Origin: Myxococcota bacterium
GTDB taxonomy: Bacteria; Myxococcota_A; UBA9160; PR03
Assembly: GCA_041611735.1 (NCBI GenBank)
Contig: JBFIML010000014.1
Location: forward strand, 1 to 64,000
Length of the DNA stretch: 64,000 bases
Reading direction: 5' to 3'
Shown here one piece after another: positions 30,383-42,797 of this stretch. How positions within the stretch are numbered: position 1 is the stretch's first letter; the number at the start of each line of letters is the position of its first letter. Position numbers and translations under genes: made by a program. Below the pieces are notes generated by a model that did not search any database, was not told where the DNA came from, and was given only the letters and a program-made list of their open reading frames with translations.

Positions 30383-31212
30383 CGCCAGCTGGCAAGCGGG
30401 GGCAGGGAGGCGAGGATCGATTCCGTGCGCCCGCCGGCCTGCAGGCCGAAACGCGTGCCCCGGTCGTGCACCAGGTTGAACTCCACGTAGCGCCCACGGC
30501 GGTAGAGCTGGAAGCTCCGCTCGCGCTCGCCCCAGGGCCGGTGCTTGCGGCGCTCGAGGATCGGCAGGTACGCGGGAAGGTAGTGGTCTCCTACGCTGCG
30601 CAGCAGGGCGAAGCAACGCTCGAAGCCGCCCTCGCTCCAGTCGTCGAAGAAGAGCCCTCCGATGCCGCGCGGCTCGCCCCGGTGGGGCAGGAAGAAGTAC
30701 TCGTCGCACGCCTTCTTGAAGCGGGGATGGAGATCGGCGCCGAAAGGCTCGCAGGCGGCGCGGCCCGTCCGGTGCCAGTGGACCGCGTCCTCCTCGAAGC
30801 CGTAGTAGGGCGTCAGGTCGAAGCCCCCGCCGATCCACCAGACGGGCGTGGCATCCGGGGCCTCCGCCAGGAAGAAGCGCACGTTCATGTGCGCCGTGGG
30901 CGCGTAGGGATTGCGCGGGTGGGCGATCACCGACACGGAGACCGCCTCGAAGCGCCGCCCTGCCAGCTCGGGGCGCCGCGCCGTGGCGGCGGGTGGGAGG
31001 CGCGCGCCGCGGGTGTGGGAGAAGTTGGCGGCGGCCCGCTCGAGGACCGGTCCGTCCGAGAGCACCCGGGGCCGGGCGAGGCCACCCCGCTCGCGCTCCA
31101 GCCGCTCGGAGGCGAAGCGGGCCACGCCGTCCTGGGCCTCGAAGGCGGCACAGACCCGGTCCTGCAGCCCGAGCAGGTAGGTACGGACCGCCTCGACGTC
31201 CGGCGCGCTCAC
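30289..31212 (-). CDS. hemF: Oxygen-dependent coproporphyrinogen III oxidase
   Basis: [32 protein letters not shown] and [10 protein letters not shown] motifs. Confidence 0.96.
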   Translation of the reverse strand: MSAPDVEAVRTYLLGLQDRVCAAFEAQDGVARFASERLERERGGLARPRVLSDGPVLERAAANFSHTRGARLPPAATARRPELAGRRFEAVSVSVIAHPRNPYAPTAHMNVRFFLAEAPDATPVWWIGGGFDLTPYYGFEEDAVHWHRTGRAACEPFGADLHPRFKKACDEYFFLPHRGEPRGIGGLFFDDWSEGGFERCFALLRSVGDHYLPAYLPILERRKHRPWGERERSFQLYRRGRYVEFNLVHDRGTRFGLQAGGRTESILASLPPLASWRYGWTPEPGSPEARLTEEFLRPRDWLAEAGC

Positions 31213-31224
31213 GGCGGGCCTCCG

Positions 31225-33488
<2,264 letters not shown>

Positions 33489-33492
<4 letters not shown>

Positions 33493-33839
33493 TCGGGCTC
33501 CGCCCCCGCTCGCAGCGGGTAGCCCCGCTGCTCGGCCATGCGGTGGACCGTCGCCACCTTGGTCTCGGCCACCTCCAGCACGTAGACGCCGGCTACGCCG
33601 AGCCCGCTGCGATGGATCTGCAGCATGAGCTGAGTCGCCTGCACGGGGCCCTTGCCGAAGACCCGCTCGAGCAGCGACACCACGAACTCCATCGGGGTGT
33701 AGTCGTCGTTGTAGAGGACGACCTTGAAGCGGTCCGGACGCCCCACGGCCCGGCGGGTGCGGGTCGCAACCCCCCGCTGGCGCTCCGCGCTGGCCAGCTC
33801 GTCCTCCCGACGGGACGGCGGGGACGGTCGACCGCTCAC
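33489..33839 (-). CDS. clpS: Clp protease adaptor
   Basis: FKVVLYNDDYTPMEFVV, VAETK, YPL; start approximate. Confidence 0.93.
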
Positions 33840-33888
33840 GCCCAGAGCATAGACGGGTGCCGGCGGGTCCGCCGCTAGACTGATCGGG

Positions 33889-35031
33889 ATGAGCGACCTG
33901 GCCCTGGCGGAGGGCGTCTGCACCCTGCCCCCGGAGGAGTGGAACGCCCTGGTGGGGAACGAGTCGCCCTTCCTGGAATGGGAGTGGCTGGCCTCCCTGG
34001 AGGAAGCGGGCGCCGTGGGTGAGGCCACCGGGTGGGTGGCGCGGCCGCTGGTGGCCCGCCGGGCCGGCCGACTGGTGGCCGCCTGTCCGCTCTACCTGAA
34101 GGCCCACGGCGAAGGAGAGTTCGTCTTCGACTTCGCCTGGGCCGACGCCGCCCTGCGCGCCGGCATCGACTACTACCCGAAGCTCCTGGTGGGCGTCCCC
34201 TTCACGCCCGTCGGCGGCGCGCGCGTGCTCAGCGCACCCGGCGAGGATCGGGCCGCCTGGATCGCACGCTTCGCCGAGGCGCTCCGCGAGCTGTGCGTAA
34301 GGCTCGGGCTCTCGGGCGTGCACGTGAACTTCTGTCGCGAGGACGAGCGCCACGGTTTCGAGGCGGCTGGCTACCTGCCCCGGATCGGCTTCCAGTACCA
34401 CTGGTCGAACGCGGGCTACGCGAGCTTCGACGACTACCTGGGTCGACTGCGCAGCAAGCGGCGCAACCAGGTCCGGCGCGAGCGCCGGGAGGTGGCGGCC
34501 CAGGGCGTCGTCATCGAGTGCCGCAGCGGATCCGACGTCCCGGACGACTGGTTCGGGCCCATGTTCCGCTTCTACCGCGCCACCGTAGATCGCAATCCCT
34601 GGGGACGGCCGTACCTCAACCGCCGGGTCTTCGAGCTCCTGCAACGACGCTTCCGTCACCGCCTGTGCCTGCTGATGGCCCAGCGGGGTGGCGAGGCCAT
34701 CGCCGGAAGCCTCAACGTGCAGAAGGGCGCGTGCCTGTATGGCCGCTACTGGGGGGCTCTGGCGCCCGTGCGCCACCTGCACTTCGACGTCTGCTACTAC
34801 GCGGGCATCGAGCATTGCATCCGCCAGGGACTGGCCCGCTTCGAGCCCGGCGCCGGCGGCGACTACAAGCAGATGCGCGGCTTCGACGCCCAGCCCACCT
34901 GGAGCGTGCACTTCCTGGCCGATCCGCGTCTGCACGCGGCGGTGGCCCGCCATCTGGAAGCCGAGCGCGGCGACGCCCGCGACGCGATCGAGTGGCTGCG
35001 CGAGCGCAGCGCGCTCAAGGTGGCGCCGTGA
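33889..35031 (+). CDS. GNAT/FemAB-like protein (DUF482 type)
   Basis: PLYLKAHGEGEFVFDFAWA, YYPKLLVGVPFTP, LYGRYWG, LHFDVCYY, FEPGAGG. Confidence 0.88.
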   Translation: MSDLALAEGVCTLPPEEWNALVGNESPFLEWEWLASLEEAGAVGEATGWVARPLVARRAGRLVAACPLYLKAHGEGEFVFDFAWADAALRAGIDYYPKLLVGVPFTPVGGARVLSAPGEDRAAWIARFAEALRELCVRLGLSGVHVNFCREDERHGFEAAGYLPRIGFQYHWSNAGYASFDDYLGRLRSKRRNQVRRERREVAAQGVVIECRSGSDVPDDWFGPMFRFYRATVDRNPWGRPYLNRRVFELLQRRFRHRLCLLMAQRGGEAIAGSLNVQKGACLYGRYWGALAPVRHLHFDVCYYAGIEHCIRQGLARFEPGAGGDYKQMRGFDAQPTWSVHFLADPRLHAAVARHLEAERGDARDAIEWLRERSALKVAP

Positions 35032-35432
35032 CGGAGCGGCCCATCGTGCTGTTCGACGGGGTGTGCAACCTGTGCCACGGCGCCGTGCGCTTCGTGATCG
35101 CACGCGATCCCGTGGCTCGCTTCCGCTTCGCGTCGCTCCAGTCCGAAGCGGGCATCGCCCTGCTGCGCCGCCACGGGCTCCCGATCGAGACCGTCGACAC
35201 CCTGGTCCTCGTGGAGGGCGATCGGGCCTTCACGCGCAGCGCGGCCGCGCTGCGCATCGCGCGAGGGCTGCGCTTCCCGTGGAACCTGCTCCCCGGGCTG
35301 GTGGTCGTGCCCCGCCCCCTGCGCGACCGGGTCTACGACTTCGTGGCGGGCCGCCGCTTCCGCTGGTTCGGGCGCCTGGACGCCTGCCCGGCGCCGCGGC
35401 CCGAGCTCCGCGAGCGCTTCCTGGACGCCTAG
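35028..35432 (+). CDS. DCC1-like thiol-disulfide oxidoreductase (DUF393)
   Basis: VLFDGVCNLC, FASLQS, LRDRVYDFVA motifs. Confidence 0.9.
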   Translation: MTERPIVLFDGVCNLCHGAVRFVIARDPVARFRFASLQSEAGIALLRRHGLPIETVDTLVLVEGDRAFTRSAAALRIARGLRFPWNLLPGLVVVPRPLRDRVYDFVAGRRFRWFGRLDACPAPRPELRERFLDA

Positions 35433-35568
35433 CAGGCTCGACTCCCCCCGAAGCCCGCCGGCCCCGATCCCTGGGGGCCGGGCAGGCACGGACGGCTCGT
35501 CCTGGACGAGCCTTCCGGCTCCGTGCGCGTCGCGCGCGCGCCTCCCGTTCCTGGTAGGGTTGCAGCGC

Positions 35569-36039
35569 ATGGAGCAGGCATCCTTCGATCCCTTCGTCTT
35601 CGGCCACGACGTGCTGCTGCGCCTCGTGCTCTCGGTGGTCTTCGCGGGACTGATCGGCTGGGAGCGGGAGTGGCGCCGCAAGCCCGCCGGCCTGCGCACC
35701 CACATGATGGTGTCCCTCGGCGCGGCGAGCTTCACGCTGGTGGCTCTGGAGCTCTACGAGAGCGTGGTGACCACGGCGGCCAGCGTGTCGCGGGCGGACC
35801 CCCTGCGCATCGTGGAGGGCGTGATGGGCGGCATCGGCTTCTTGGGGGCCGGCGCCATCGTCCAGGGACGCGGCTCCGTGGAGGGCCTCACCACCGCGGG
35901 GAGCATCTGGCTGGCCGGCGCCATCGGGGTGGCCTGCGGGGGCGGCCACCTGCTGCTGGCCGGGACGTCGGTGGCTCTGGCCCTTCTGGTGCTGCTCGGG
36001 CTCGGCCTGATCGAGAGATGGCTGCAGGAGGGCCGCTAG
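35569..36039 (+). CDS. MgtC/SapB family membrane protein
   Basis: IGWERE, PAGLRTH, GIGFLGAG and GLTTAGSIW motifs. Confidence 0.92.
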   Translation: MEQASFDPFVFGHDVLLRLVLSVVFAGLIGWEREWRRKPAGLRTHMMVSLGAASFTLVALELYESVVTTAASVSRADPLRIVEGVMGGIGFLGAGAIVQGRGSVEGLTTAGSIWLAGAIGVACGGGHLLLAGTSVALALLVLLGLGLIERWLQEGR

Positions 36040-36169
36040 CGGGGGACTCGGGGCCCGCCGAACGCCTGGCGCCAGTCGGCGCCGGCCGGACCCCGCAACG
36101 CCATCTCCTTCGCGGCCACCGCGTCGTCCATGCCCCGCCGCTCGCGCCCTTCGACGACCCTGTGGGGAG

Positions 36170-38131
36170 CTAGCCGGCCTGGGCCTGCAGCAGAGCGCGG
36201 AGCTGCTCCACGGCGCCGCTGCCCCCGAAGACCAGCAGCCGGTCACCCGCCCGCAGGGCGAAGTCGGCCTCGGGATTCGGCGTGGTGTGGCCGCCCCGGT
36301 CGACCGCCAGCACGTTCACGCCCGTGCGGGGGCGCACCCGGAGCTCTCCGAGCGTCGTCGGGGCCAGTCCGTCGGGAACCTCCACCCACTCGGTGGAGAT
36401 CTGCTCGAGCAGCTCCACCAGCCACGGATCGAGCCGGACCTGCGGCGTGCGCATGGGCTCGTAGCCCTCCTCCCGCAGCTGGTCGGTGAAGCGGGCCACG
36501 GCCCCTTCCGGGATGCCCGTGCTGCGCAGGGTCTGGGTCAACAGACCGAGGGCCGACTCGAACTCCTCGGCCAGCACGGCGCTGGCGCCCGCGTCGTAGA
36601 GGGCATCCACGTCCATCACGTAGCGCGTGCGGGCGAGGATCGTCGCGTTCGGATTGAGCTGGCGCACGAGTCGCACCACGCGGCGCGTGGCCATCGGGTC
36701 GGAGATGGCCACCACCACGCGCAGCGCATGCGGTACGCCCAGTCGCTCCAGGATGGGCCGACGCGTGGCATCGCCGTAGATCACCGGCTCGTCCCGGGCG
36801 ATGGCCTCGCGGACCGAGAGGGCGTTGGCATCCACGGCCACCCAGGGGATGTCGAGGGCCTGCAGCACCCGGACCAGCTGTCGATTGCCCAGACCGAGGC
36901 CGATCAGCACGGTGTGGTCCATCCGGGACGAGCGCTGGGCAGGAGCGCGCCCGAGCCGGTCGGCGCCGCCGGCGAGCCAGTCCGCCAGCCGGGGCGCGAC
37001 GCTCACCAGGAAGGGGGTCGCCACCAGCGTCACCACCGAGCCCGCCACGAAGATCTGCATCAGCCAGTCGTCCAGCAGCCCGGCCGCGGCGGCGGCCGCG
37101 GCCAGCACGAAGGAGAACTCCCCGGTCTGGGCCAGGGCGAGGCCCGTCACCACGCCGAGACGCAGCCCCTGGCGCAGCACGACCGCCACGATGAGCGCCA
37201 CCACCAGGGCCTTGAGCACGACGGTGCCGGTCACGTAGGCCAGCACCGGGGCCGCGTGGTGCACGGCCGCCGCCGGGTCGAAGAGCATCCCGACCGCGGT
37301 GAAGAAGAGCCCGAGCAGGACTCCGCGCAGGGGCAGCACCTCGGCGAAGAGCTGGTGGGCGTAGGGCGTCGCGCTCACCACCAGGCCCCCCAGGAAGGCC
37401 CCCACCGCCAGCGTGAGGCCGATCCACTCGGCGATCGCAGCCGAGCCCACCACGATCAGGAACGCGAGCAGACTGAAGAGGTCGCGAGAGCGCAGCCGAG
37501 CCGCCCGATCGAGCAGCGCCGGGAGCACGAAGCGGGCCACCAGGAAGAAGATTCCGAGCGCCACCACCGAACGAGCGACGGCGAAGGCCGCGTCGCGAGC
37601 GGCGCCCGCATCCCGGGCCGTCAGCACCGGGATGGACAGCAGGAGGGGCACGATGCAGATGTCCTGGAACAGCAGGATCCCCACTGCGAGCTGGCCCTGG
37701 GGCGCGTCCACCTCGCCCCGGTCGGCGAGCAGGCGCATCACCAGCGCCGTGCTCGACATGGCCACCAGACCGCCCATCACCAGGGCGCCCCGCACGCCCA
37801 GGCCCAGGGCGCTTCCGGCCAGGGTCACGAGCCCCACGGTGACCGCCACCTGGAGCCCCCCGGCCAGGAGCGCGTGGCGCCACAGCCGTCTCAGGCGCTC
37901 GAGCGGCAGCTCGAGACCGATCTCGAACAGGAGGAACACGACCCCGAGCTCGGCCAGCCCCCGCACCCGCTCCGGATCGCTCACCCAGCCGAGTCCCGCG
38001 GGCCCCACCAGGGCGCCCATCACCAGGAAGCCGGCGATTGCGGGCAGCCCGAGGCGCTCGAACACGGCCACGCCCACCGCCGCCATGGCGATGAGCAGCA
38101 GGAACTCGCCGAGAACGTGCGGATCGGACAA
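36170..38131 (-). CDS. CPA2 cation:proton antiporter (KefB/C-like) with TrkA-N and TrkA-C domains
   Basis: AELGVVFLLFEIGLE, MSSTA, LLFQD, AQTGEFSF, YGDAT; C-terminal TrkA_C-like region. Confidence 0.9.
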   Translation of the reverse strand: MSDPHVLGEFLLLIAMAAVGVAVFERLGLPAIAGFLVMGALVGPAGLGWVSDPERVRGLAELGVVFLLFEIGLELPLERLRRLWRHALLAGGLQVAVTVGLVTLAGSALGLGVRGALVMGGLVAMSSTALVMRLLADRGEVDAPQGQLAVGILLFQDICIVPLLLSIPVLTARDAGAARDAAFAVARSVVALGIFFLVARFVLPALLDRAARLRSRDLFSLLAFLIVVGSAAIAEWIGLTLAVGAFLGGLVVSATPYAHQLFAEVLPLRGVLLGLFFTAVGMLFDPAAAVHHAAPVLAYVTGTVVLKALVVALIVAVVLRQGLRLGVVTGLALAQTGEFSFVLAAAAAAAGLLDDWLMQIFVAGSVVTLVATPFLVSVAPRLADWLAGGADRLGRAPAQRSSRMDHTVLIGLGLGNRQLVRVLQALDIPWVAVDANALSVREAIARDEPVIYGDATRRPILERLGVPHALRVVVAISDPMATRRVVRLVRQLNPNATILARTRYVMDVDALYDAGASAVLAEEFESALGLLTQTLRSTGIPEGAVARFTDQLREEGYEPMRTPQVRLDPWLVELLEQISTEWVEVPDGLAPTTLGELRVRPRTGVNVLAVDRGGHTTPNPEADFALRAGDRLLVFGGSGAVEQLRALLQAQAG

Positions 38132-38168
38132 GCGCGCGTCCCTGGGCAGGCCCCCGGCCCGCCCGGCC

Positions 38169-39473
38169 TCAGAGCATCGCTGCCAGGAGCGTGGCGATGC
38201 CCAGGAAGCTGAAGAAGCCCACCACGTCCGTCACGGTGGTCAGGATGATCGAGGAGGACTGCGCTGGGTCCTGGCGCAGCGTCGTGAGCGTGATCGGAAT
38301 GGCGGCTCCCGCGATCCCGGCGATCATCATGGCGATCACCATGGAGACGCCGATCACGAGCGCGAGCCCGAAGGAGCGGCTCCAGGCGTAGACGGCCACG
38401 GAGGTGGTGACGGCCACGGCCACGCCGTTCAGGGTTCCCACCAGGAACTCCTTGCCCGCCACGCGCAGCCAGTGACGTGCGCGGATCTCGCGCAGGGCGA
38501 GGCCGCGCATGGTGACGGCCAGGGCCTGGGCGCCGGTGTTGCCGGACTGGCCCGCCACCACGGGCAGCAGCACCGCGAGGGCGGTGAAGCGCGCGATGGT
38601 GCCCTCGAAGATCCCCACCACCGATGCGGCCAGGAACGCCGTGAGCAGGTTGATCTGGAGCCAGGGCAGCCGCTTGCGCACCGCGAACCACGGCGGCGAG
38701 AGGGCGCGCTCCTCCTTGCTGGCCCCCACCATGGTCACCAGGTCCGCGGTGGCGTCCTGCTGGGTCGCGGCGATCAGCTCCTCCTGGCGCAGCACGCCGA
38801 GCACGCGGCCCGCGTAGTCCACCACCGGCAGGCTTCCGGCACGCTGCTGCTGGAGCACCTCCACCACCTCTTCGCGGGGCGACGTGGCCTGCACCTGGGC
38901 AGGCGCCCCCCGCACCAGGGTCTGGAGCCGCGCCGCGGGCGGCGCGAGCATCAGGTCCTGGAGCGGCACCGAGCCGACCAGATGCCCCTCCGCATCGACC
39001 AGGAAGATGTCCTGGATGCGGCGACGCAGGTGTCGCAGGCGGCGGACCACGTCCCGGGCGGCCGTGTCGGGCCGGAAGGTGGTGACGCGCGGGTCCATGA
39101 GCGCGCCGGCCGTATCGGGCGGGTAGTCCATCAGGGTGCTCAGCTCCTCGGCCAGGGCGGCGGGAAGCGGCTCGAGGAGACGGCGGCGCGCGTCGGGCGC
39201 GAGGCGCGCCAGCAGGGCCGCCGCGCGGTTGGGATCCAGTCCCGGCAGGAGCGCCTGGGCGGGCTGCTCCGGAAGCCGGGCGAGGACCGCAGCGCCGGTC
39301 TCGGGCGTGAGCCGGTGCAGCAGGCGGACGGCCCGCTCGGGGGGCTCGCCCGCCAGCAGCTCGGCCGTCTCGGCCCAGGGCGCCGCCTCGAGCACGCGCG
39401 CCGCCTCGTCCGGGTAGCGATCCAGAAGCACGCGGGCGAGATCGCGGGCGCCACGACGGGTCGGGCTCGCCAC
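38169..39473 (-). CDS. mgtE: Magnesium transporter MgtE family
   Basis: MgtE N-domain, CBS pair, KRLPWL, GQSGNTGAQ, DPAQSS...TTVTD. Confidence 0.88.
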   Translation of the reverse strand: MASPTRRGARDLARVLLDRYPDEAARVLEAAPWAETAELLAGEPPERAVRLLHRLTPETGAAVLARLPEQPAQALLPGLDPNRAAALLARLAPDARRRLLEPLPAALAEELSTLMDYPPDTAGALMDPRVTTFRPDTAARDVVRRLRHLRRRIQDIFLVDAEGHLVGSVPLQDLMLAPPAARLQTLVRGAPAQVQATSPREEVVEVLQQQRAGSLPVVDYAGRVLGVLRQEELIAATQQDATADLVTMVGASKEERALSPPWFAVRKRLPWLQINLLTAFLAASVVGIFEGTIARFTALAVLLPVVAGQSGNTGAQALAVTMRGLALREIRARHWLRVAGKEFLVGTLNGVAVAVTTSVAVYAWSRSFGLALVIGVSMVIAMMIAGIAGAAIPITLTTLRQDPAQSSSIILTTVTDVVGFFSFLGIATLLAAML

Positions 39474-39476
39474 GGC

Positions 39477-40316
39477 TCAGCCCCGCGCCGCCGGGGCGGG
39501 GCCGGCTGCCGCCCCGGCCACGGCCTCCAGCAGTCCGGCCACGCCGGTCCAGAACAGGTCGCCCAGGGCCTGGGCCGTGGGGGCTCCGGGCGCCGTCTCG
39601 GCTCCGCGTAGCTCCTCCTCGACCCGCCGCAGCGTGCGATAGCGGATCGCCCCGAGGAAGCGGCCGGCTTCGTCCACCACCGGGAGCGAGTGCACTTCGC
39701 GCCAGCCCGCGTGGGCGACGATCGCATGGCGCTCCGTGTCGGCCCGCAGGTGCTGGACGGGGGTACGCATGACCGCTCCGAGCGATGCCTCGGGCGGCGC
39801 CAGCAGCAGCTCGCGCAGGTTCATCACTCCGACCAAACGCTGGTCGCGATCCAGCACATAGAGGTTGTAGAGGGCGTTCTCCGGCGTCTCGCGCAGGCGG
39901 GCGAGGGCTTGTTCCGCACGCAGATCCTCGGGCAGGGCCAGCACCTGCGGATCCATGAGTCCGCCGGCGCTCCCGGGCGGGAAGCGGAGCAGCAAGCCGA
40001 GGGGCCGGGCGCGCTCTGCCGGCAGCGCCTCCAGCAGCGCGGCTCGCGTCTCTGCACCCAGGCGGCGCACCAGGAACGCCGCCCGATCGAGTCCCAGTGC
40101 CGCCACCAGGGCGGAGGCACGGGCGGAGTCCAGTCGCCCGAGCAGCGCCGCCGCCTGCGCCGGCGCCATGCGCGCCAGCACCCCCGCCGCCGCCTCCGGG
40201 CGCAGCGCCGTCAGCAGCTGCGCCGCGTCGCGCACCGGCCAGGCCTCGAGCACGGCCGCCGCGTCCTCCGGGTGATGTCCGACCAGGGTGGTCGACAAGC
40301 TCTCTTGCAGCTCCAT
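39477..40316 (-). CDS. MgtE intracellular N-domain plus CBS-pair protein lacking the transport domain
   Basis: HPEDAA, SAGGLMDP, LYVLD...LVGV, LPVVD; no MgtE membrane domain. Confidence 0.8.
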   Translation of the reverse strand: MELQESLSTTLVGHHPEDAAAVLEAWPVRDAAQLLTALRPEAAAGVLARMAPAQAAALLGRLDSARASALVAALGLDRAAFLVRRLGAETRAALLEALPAERARPLGLLLRFPPGSAGGLMDPQVLALPEDLRAEQALARLRETPENALYNLYVLDRDQRLVGVMNLRELLLAPPEASLGAVMRTPVQHLRADTERHAIVAHAGWREVHSLPVVDEAGRFLGAIRYRTLRRVEEELRGAETAPGAPTAQALGDLFWTGVAGLLEAVAGAAAGPAPAARG

Positions 40317-40441
40317 GGCCCCTCCCTGCACCGCGCGCCCCAGCGCGCTCGCAAGCATCCCGCTCCCCGTGCCCCGATGCAATCGCGTAGCATGGCGCGC
40401 GGCCCGGACCTCGCTCTGGACGGGCCACGAGGGAGGACCCC

Positions 40442-41272
40442 ATGTCCGAGATCTTCGACGTCGAGGCCTGGCGTCAGGTGCTGGTGAGTTCGCTCACGGA
40501 GCTGACCGGGCGCATCGCGGCCTTCCTTCCGAGCCTCGTCGGGGCGTTGGTCATCCTCGCGGTGGGATGGGCCGTGTCCCGAGCCGTGGAGGCCGTGGCG
40601 CGTCGCGCCCTGCACCGGCTCGGCCTCGACCGCGCTTCGGACCGGCTGCGCGTTTCGGAGGTGCTGGCCCAGGGCGGCATCGCCGGGCGGCCGTCCGCCG
40701 TCCTGGCGCGGCTGCTGTTCTGGGTGCTGATGCTGAGCTTCCTGCTCTCGGCGGTGGAGACCCTGGGGCTCACCGCCGCTACCGCCACCATCGACCGCCT
40801 GGTGGCGTACCTGCCCAACGTGATCGCGGCGGGGCTGATCGTGATCGTGGGGCTGCTGCTGGCACGGCTGGCGGGCAACCTGGTGGGATCCGGCGCCGCT
40901 GCCGCAGGCATCGTCCAGGCGGCCCGCCTGGGCGCCGCCGCCCATACGGGGGTGGTGATCGTGGTCACCGTCGTGGCCCTCGAGCAGCTCGGCGTCAACA
41001 CCGAGATCCTGGTCACGGTGCTCACGGCGGTGGCTGCGGCGCTGACCCTGACCCTGGGAGCCGCCTTCGCCTTGGGAGCCCGGCAGCTGGTGACGCACAT
41101 CCTGGCGGGCCACTACCTGCGCCAGGTGCTCGACGCCGGTCGCACCGTGGAGGTGGGGGGACGCAGCGGCATCGTGGAGCGGGTGGGCGCGGTGGCCACG
41201 CTGTTCCGGAGCGAGGACCGCCTGTGGAGCATTCCGAATGCGCGCCTGCTCGATGATTTCGCCCTCCGCTAG
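40442..41272 (+). CDS. Small-conductance mechanosensitive channel-like protein (TM-helix/CmpX type)
   Basis: FLPSLVGALVIL and YLPNVIAA repeats, AFALGAR, ILAGHY, SIPN. Confidence 0.8.
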   Translation: MSEIFDVEAWRQVLVSSLTELTGRIAAFLPSLVGALVILAVGWAVSRAVEAVARRALHRLGLDRASDRLRVSEVLAQGGIAGRPSAVLARLLFWVLMLSFLLSAVETLGLTAATATIDRLVAYLPNVIAAGLIVIVGLLLARLAGNLVGSGAAAAGIVQAARLGAAAHTGVVIVVTVVALEQLGVNTEILVTVLTAVAAALTLTLGAAFALGARQLVTHILAGHYLRQVLDAGRTVEVGGRSGIVERVGAVATLFRSEDRLWSIPNARLLDDFALR

Positions 41273-41694
41273 CGGCTCGGTGGGCGCCGCTCGATCGCGT
41301 CGAGCCAGCGGTCGATCGCATCCTTGGCGGAGGCGGTGATGCCTCCGCGCTGGTACTGGTCGACGACGACCTCCTCGAGGCGCGTCACCATGGCGTCGAC
41401 GCCGGACGCCCCGGAGTCCGAGACCAGGCGTCCGGCCGGCGGCTTCGGCTCCGCCGCCCCGAACAGATTGATCCAGCGCTCGGAGCGGCGGCCCGCGCGC
41501 AGCAGGGCGTAGAAGCGCTGGCCCGGTCGCTCGCCGCCGGCCACCAGGTCCACGAGCAGCGCGCCGATGGCCAGGGGGCTCAGCAGGAGATCCCGCGCGC
41601 CGTCGCAGAAGAGCTTGCCCTGGAAGACCAGGGCGTCGCGCAGCAAGGCCCAGCGCGCGCTGCTCGCGCGCGCCGTCGAAGTCGCGCTGGCCAC
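41269..41694 (-). CDS. Hypothetical protein
   Basis: GGAGG ribosome-binding site before GTG; protein-like sequence (LRDALVFQGKL...SERWINLFG). Confidence 0.7.
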   Translation of the reverse strand: MASATSTARASSARWALLRDALVFQGKLFCDGARDLLLSPLAIGALLVDLVAGGERPGQRFYALLRAGRRSERWINLFGAAEPKPPAGRLVSDSGASGVDAMVTRLEEVVVDQYQRGGITASAKDAIDRWLDAIERRPPSR

Positions 41695-41766
41695 GTGGGT
41701 CCTCCCGTCGCGGGCCTGCGCCGGAGCGCCATCCTCCCGGCGCACCCCGTGGTAGCCTACCGGAGC

Positions 41767-42393
41767 ATGGCCCGTGAAGGCTCGTCGCCGTCGGCGCCGC
41801 TCCGGGAAGCTGCCGAAGCCGACCTCCTCGCACGTCTGCGGGCGGGCGACGAGAAGGCCTTCGAAGAGCTGGTGCGGCTTCTGGGCGGACGCCTGCTCGC
41901 GGTGGCCCGCCGCTTCCTCCCGGAGGAGGAGGACGCCCGGGACGCGGTCCAGGACGCCTTCCTCTCCGCCTTCCGGGGCCTGGCCCGCTTCGAGGGGCAG
42001 GCGCGGCTTTCCACCTGGCTGCACCGCATCGTCGTGAACGCGTGCCTGCTCAAGCTGCGTTCGCGCCGACGCCGGCCCGAGGAGCCCATCGACGGGCTGC
42101 TGCCGGAGTTCCTGGCCGATGGCCACTATGCGCTCCCGGCGGTCGCGTGGCGCAACGACGTCATCGCAGCGCTCGAGCGCGACGAGCTGCGCGCCCTGGT
42201 GCGCGAGGCGCTGGAACGACTTCCCGGGAGCCACCGCCTCGTGCTCCTGCTGCGCGACATCGAGGGGCTCGACACGACGGAAACCGCGCAGGCCCTCGGC
42301 ATCAGCCCGGCGAACGTGAAGGTGCGCGTCCACCGGGCCCGCCAGGCGCTGCGCACCCTGCTCGACGCTCGTTTCCGCGAGGAGGAGCCGTGA
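41767..42393 (+). CDS. ECF sigma-70 factor
   Basis: Region 2 (DAVQDAF, STWLHRIVVN) and region 4 (LLRDIEGL...VKVRVHRAR). Confidence 0.93.
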   Translation: MAREGSSPSAPLREAAEADLLARLRAGDEKAFEELVRLLGGRLLAVARRFLPEEEDARDAVQDAFLSAFRGLARFEGQARLSTWLHRIVVNACLLKLRSRRRRPEEPIDGLLPEFLADGHYALPAVAWRNDVIAALERDELRALVREALERLPGSHRLVLLLRDIEGLDTTETAQALGISPANVKVRVHRARQALRTLLDARFREEEP

Positions 42394-42638
42394 CCTGTCG
42401 CGAGTTCGTCGACTTCCTGATGGCGTACCTGGACGGGGAGCTGCGCGGCGAGGGGCGGCGGCGCTTCGACCACCACCTGGAGCGCTGCCCGCCGTGTGTC
42501 GCGTATCTGGACACCTACCGCACGACCATCGAGCTCGTGCAGACGATCTGCGGGCACCCGGACGATCCGATCCCGGCGGACGTGCCGGAGGACCTGGTGG
42601 CGGCGGTCCTGGCGGCCCGGGAGGCGCCCCGGAGCTAG
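42390..42638 (+). CDS. Zinc-binding anti-sigma factor (zf-HC2), soluble
   Basis: TCRE...YLDGEL...HLERCPPC; start overlaps the sigma stop. Confidence 0.88.
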   Translation: MTCREFVDFLMAYLDGELRGEGRRRFDHHLERCPPCVAYLDTYRTTIELVQTICGHPDDPIPADVPEDLVAAVLAAREAPRS

Positions 42639-42642
42639 GCAG

Positions 42643-42679
42643 TGGGAAGCACCCTTCCTCAGATGGGAAAGAGTTTTCC
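42643..42679. promoter_or_regulatory. Tandem palindromes, candidate enhancer-binding-protein sites
   Basis: GGAAG-CACC-CTTCC (42645-42658) and GGAAA-GAGT-TTTCC (42666-42679), 21 bp apart. Confidence 0.5.
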
Positions 42680-42715
42680 GCGGAGCCGGGGACCTGCTGG
42701 CTGGACCGCCTCCAA

Positions 42716-42740
42716 CCCCCCGGCCGGGGGGCCTTTTTAT
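42716..42740 (+). terminator. Possible intrinsic terminator after the sigma/anti-sigma pair
   Basis: CCCCCC-GGCC-GGGGGG followed by CCTTTTTAT. Confidence 0.45.
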
Positions 42741-42750
42741 TCGAGCTGGC

Positions 42751-42766
42751 TGGGAACGGAACTTGC
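42751..42766 (+). promoter_or_regulatory. sigma54 (-24/-12) promoter
   Basis: TGGGAACGGAACTTGC: GG-N10-GC with TTGC at -12. Confidence 0.55.
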
Positions 42767-42797
42767 GTACAGGGGCGACGTGGCAAGACAGGGCCGG

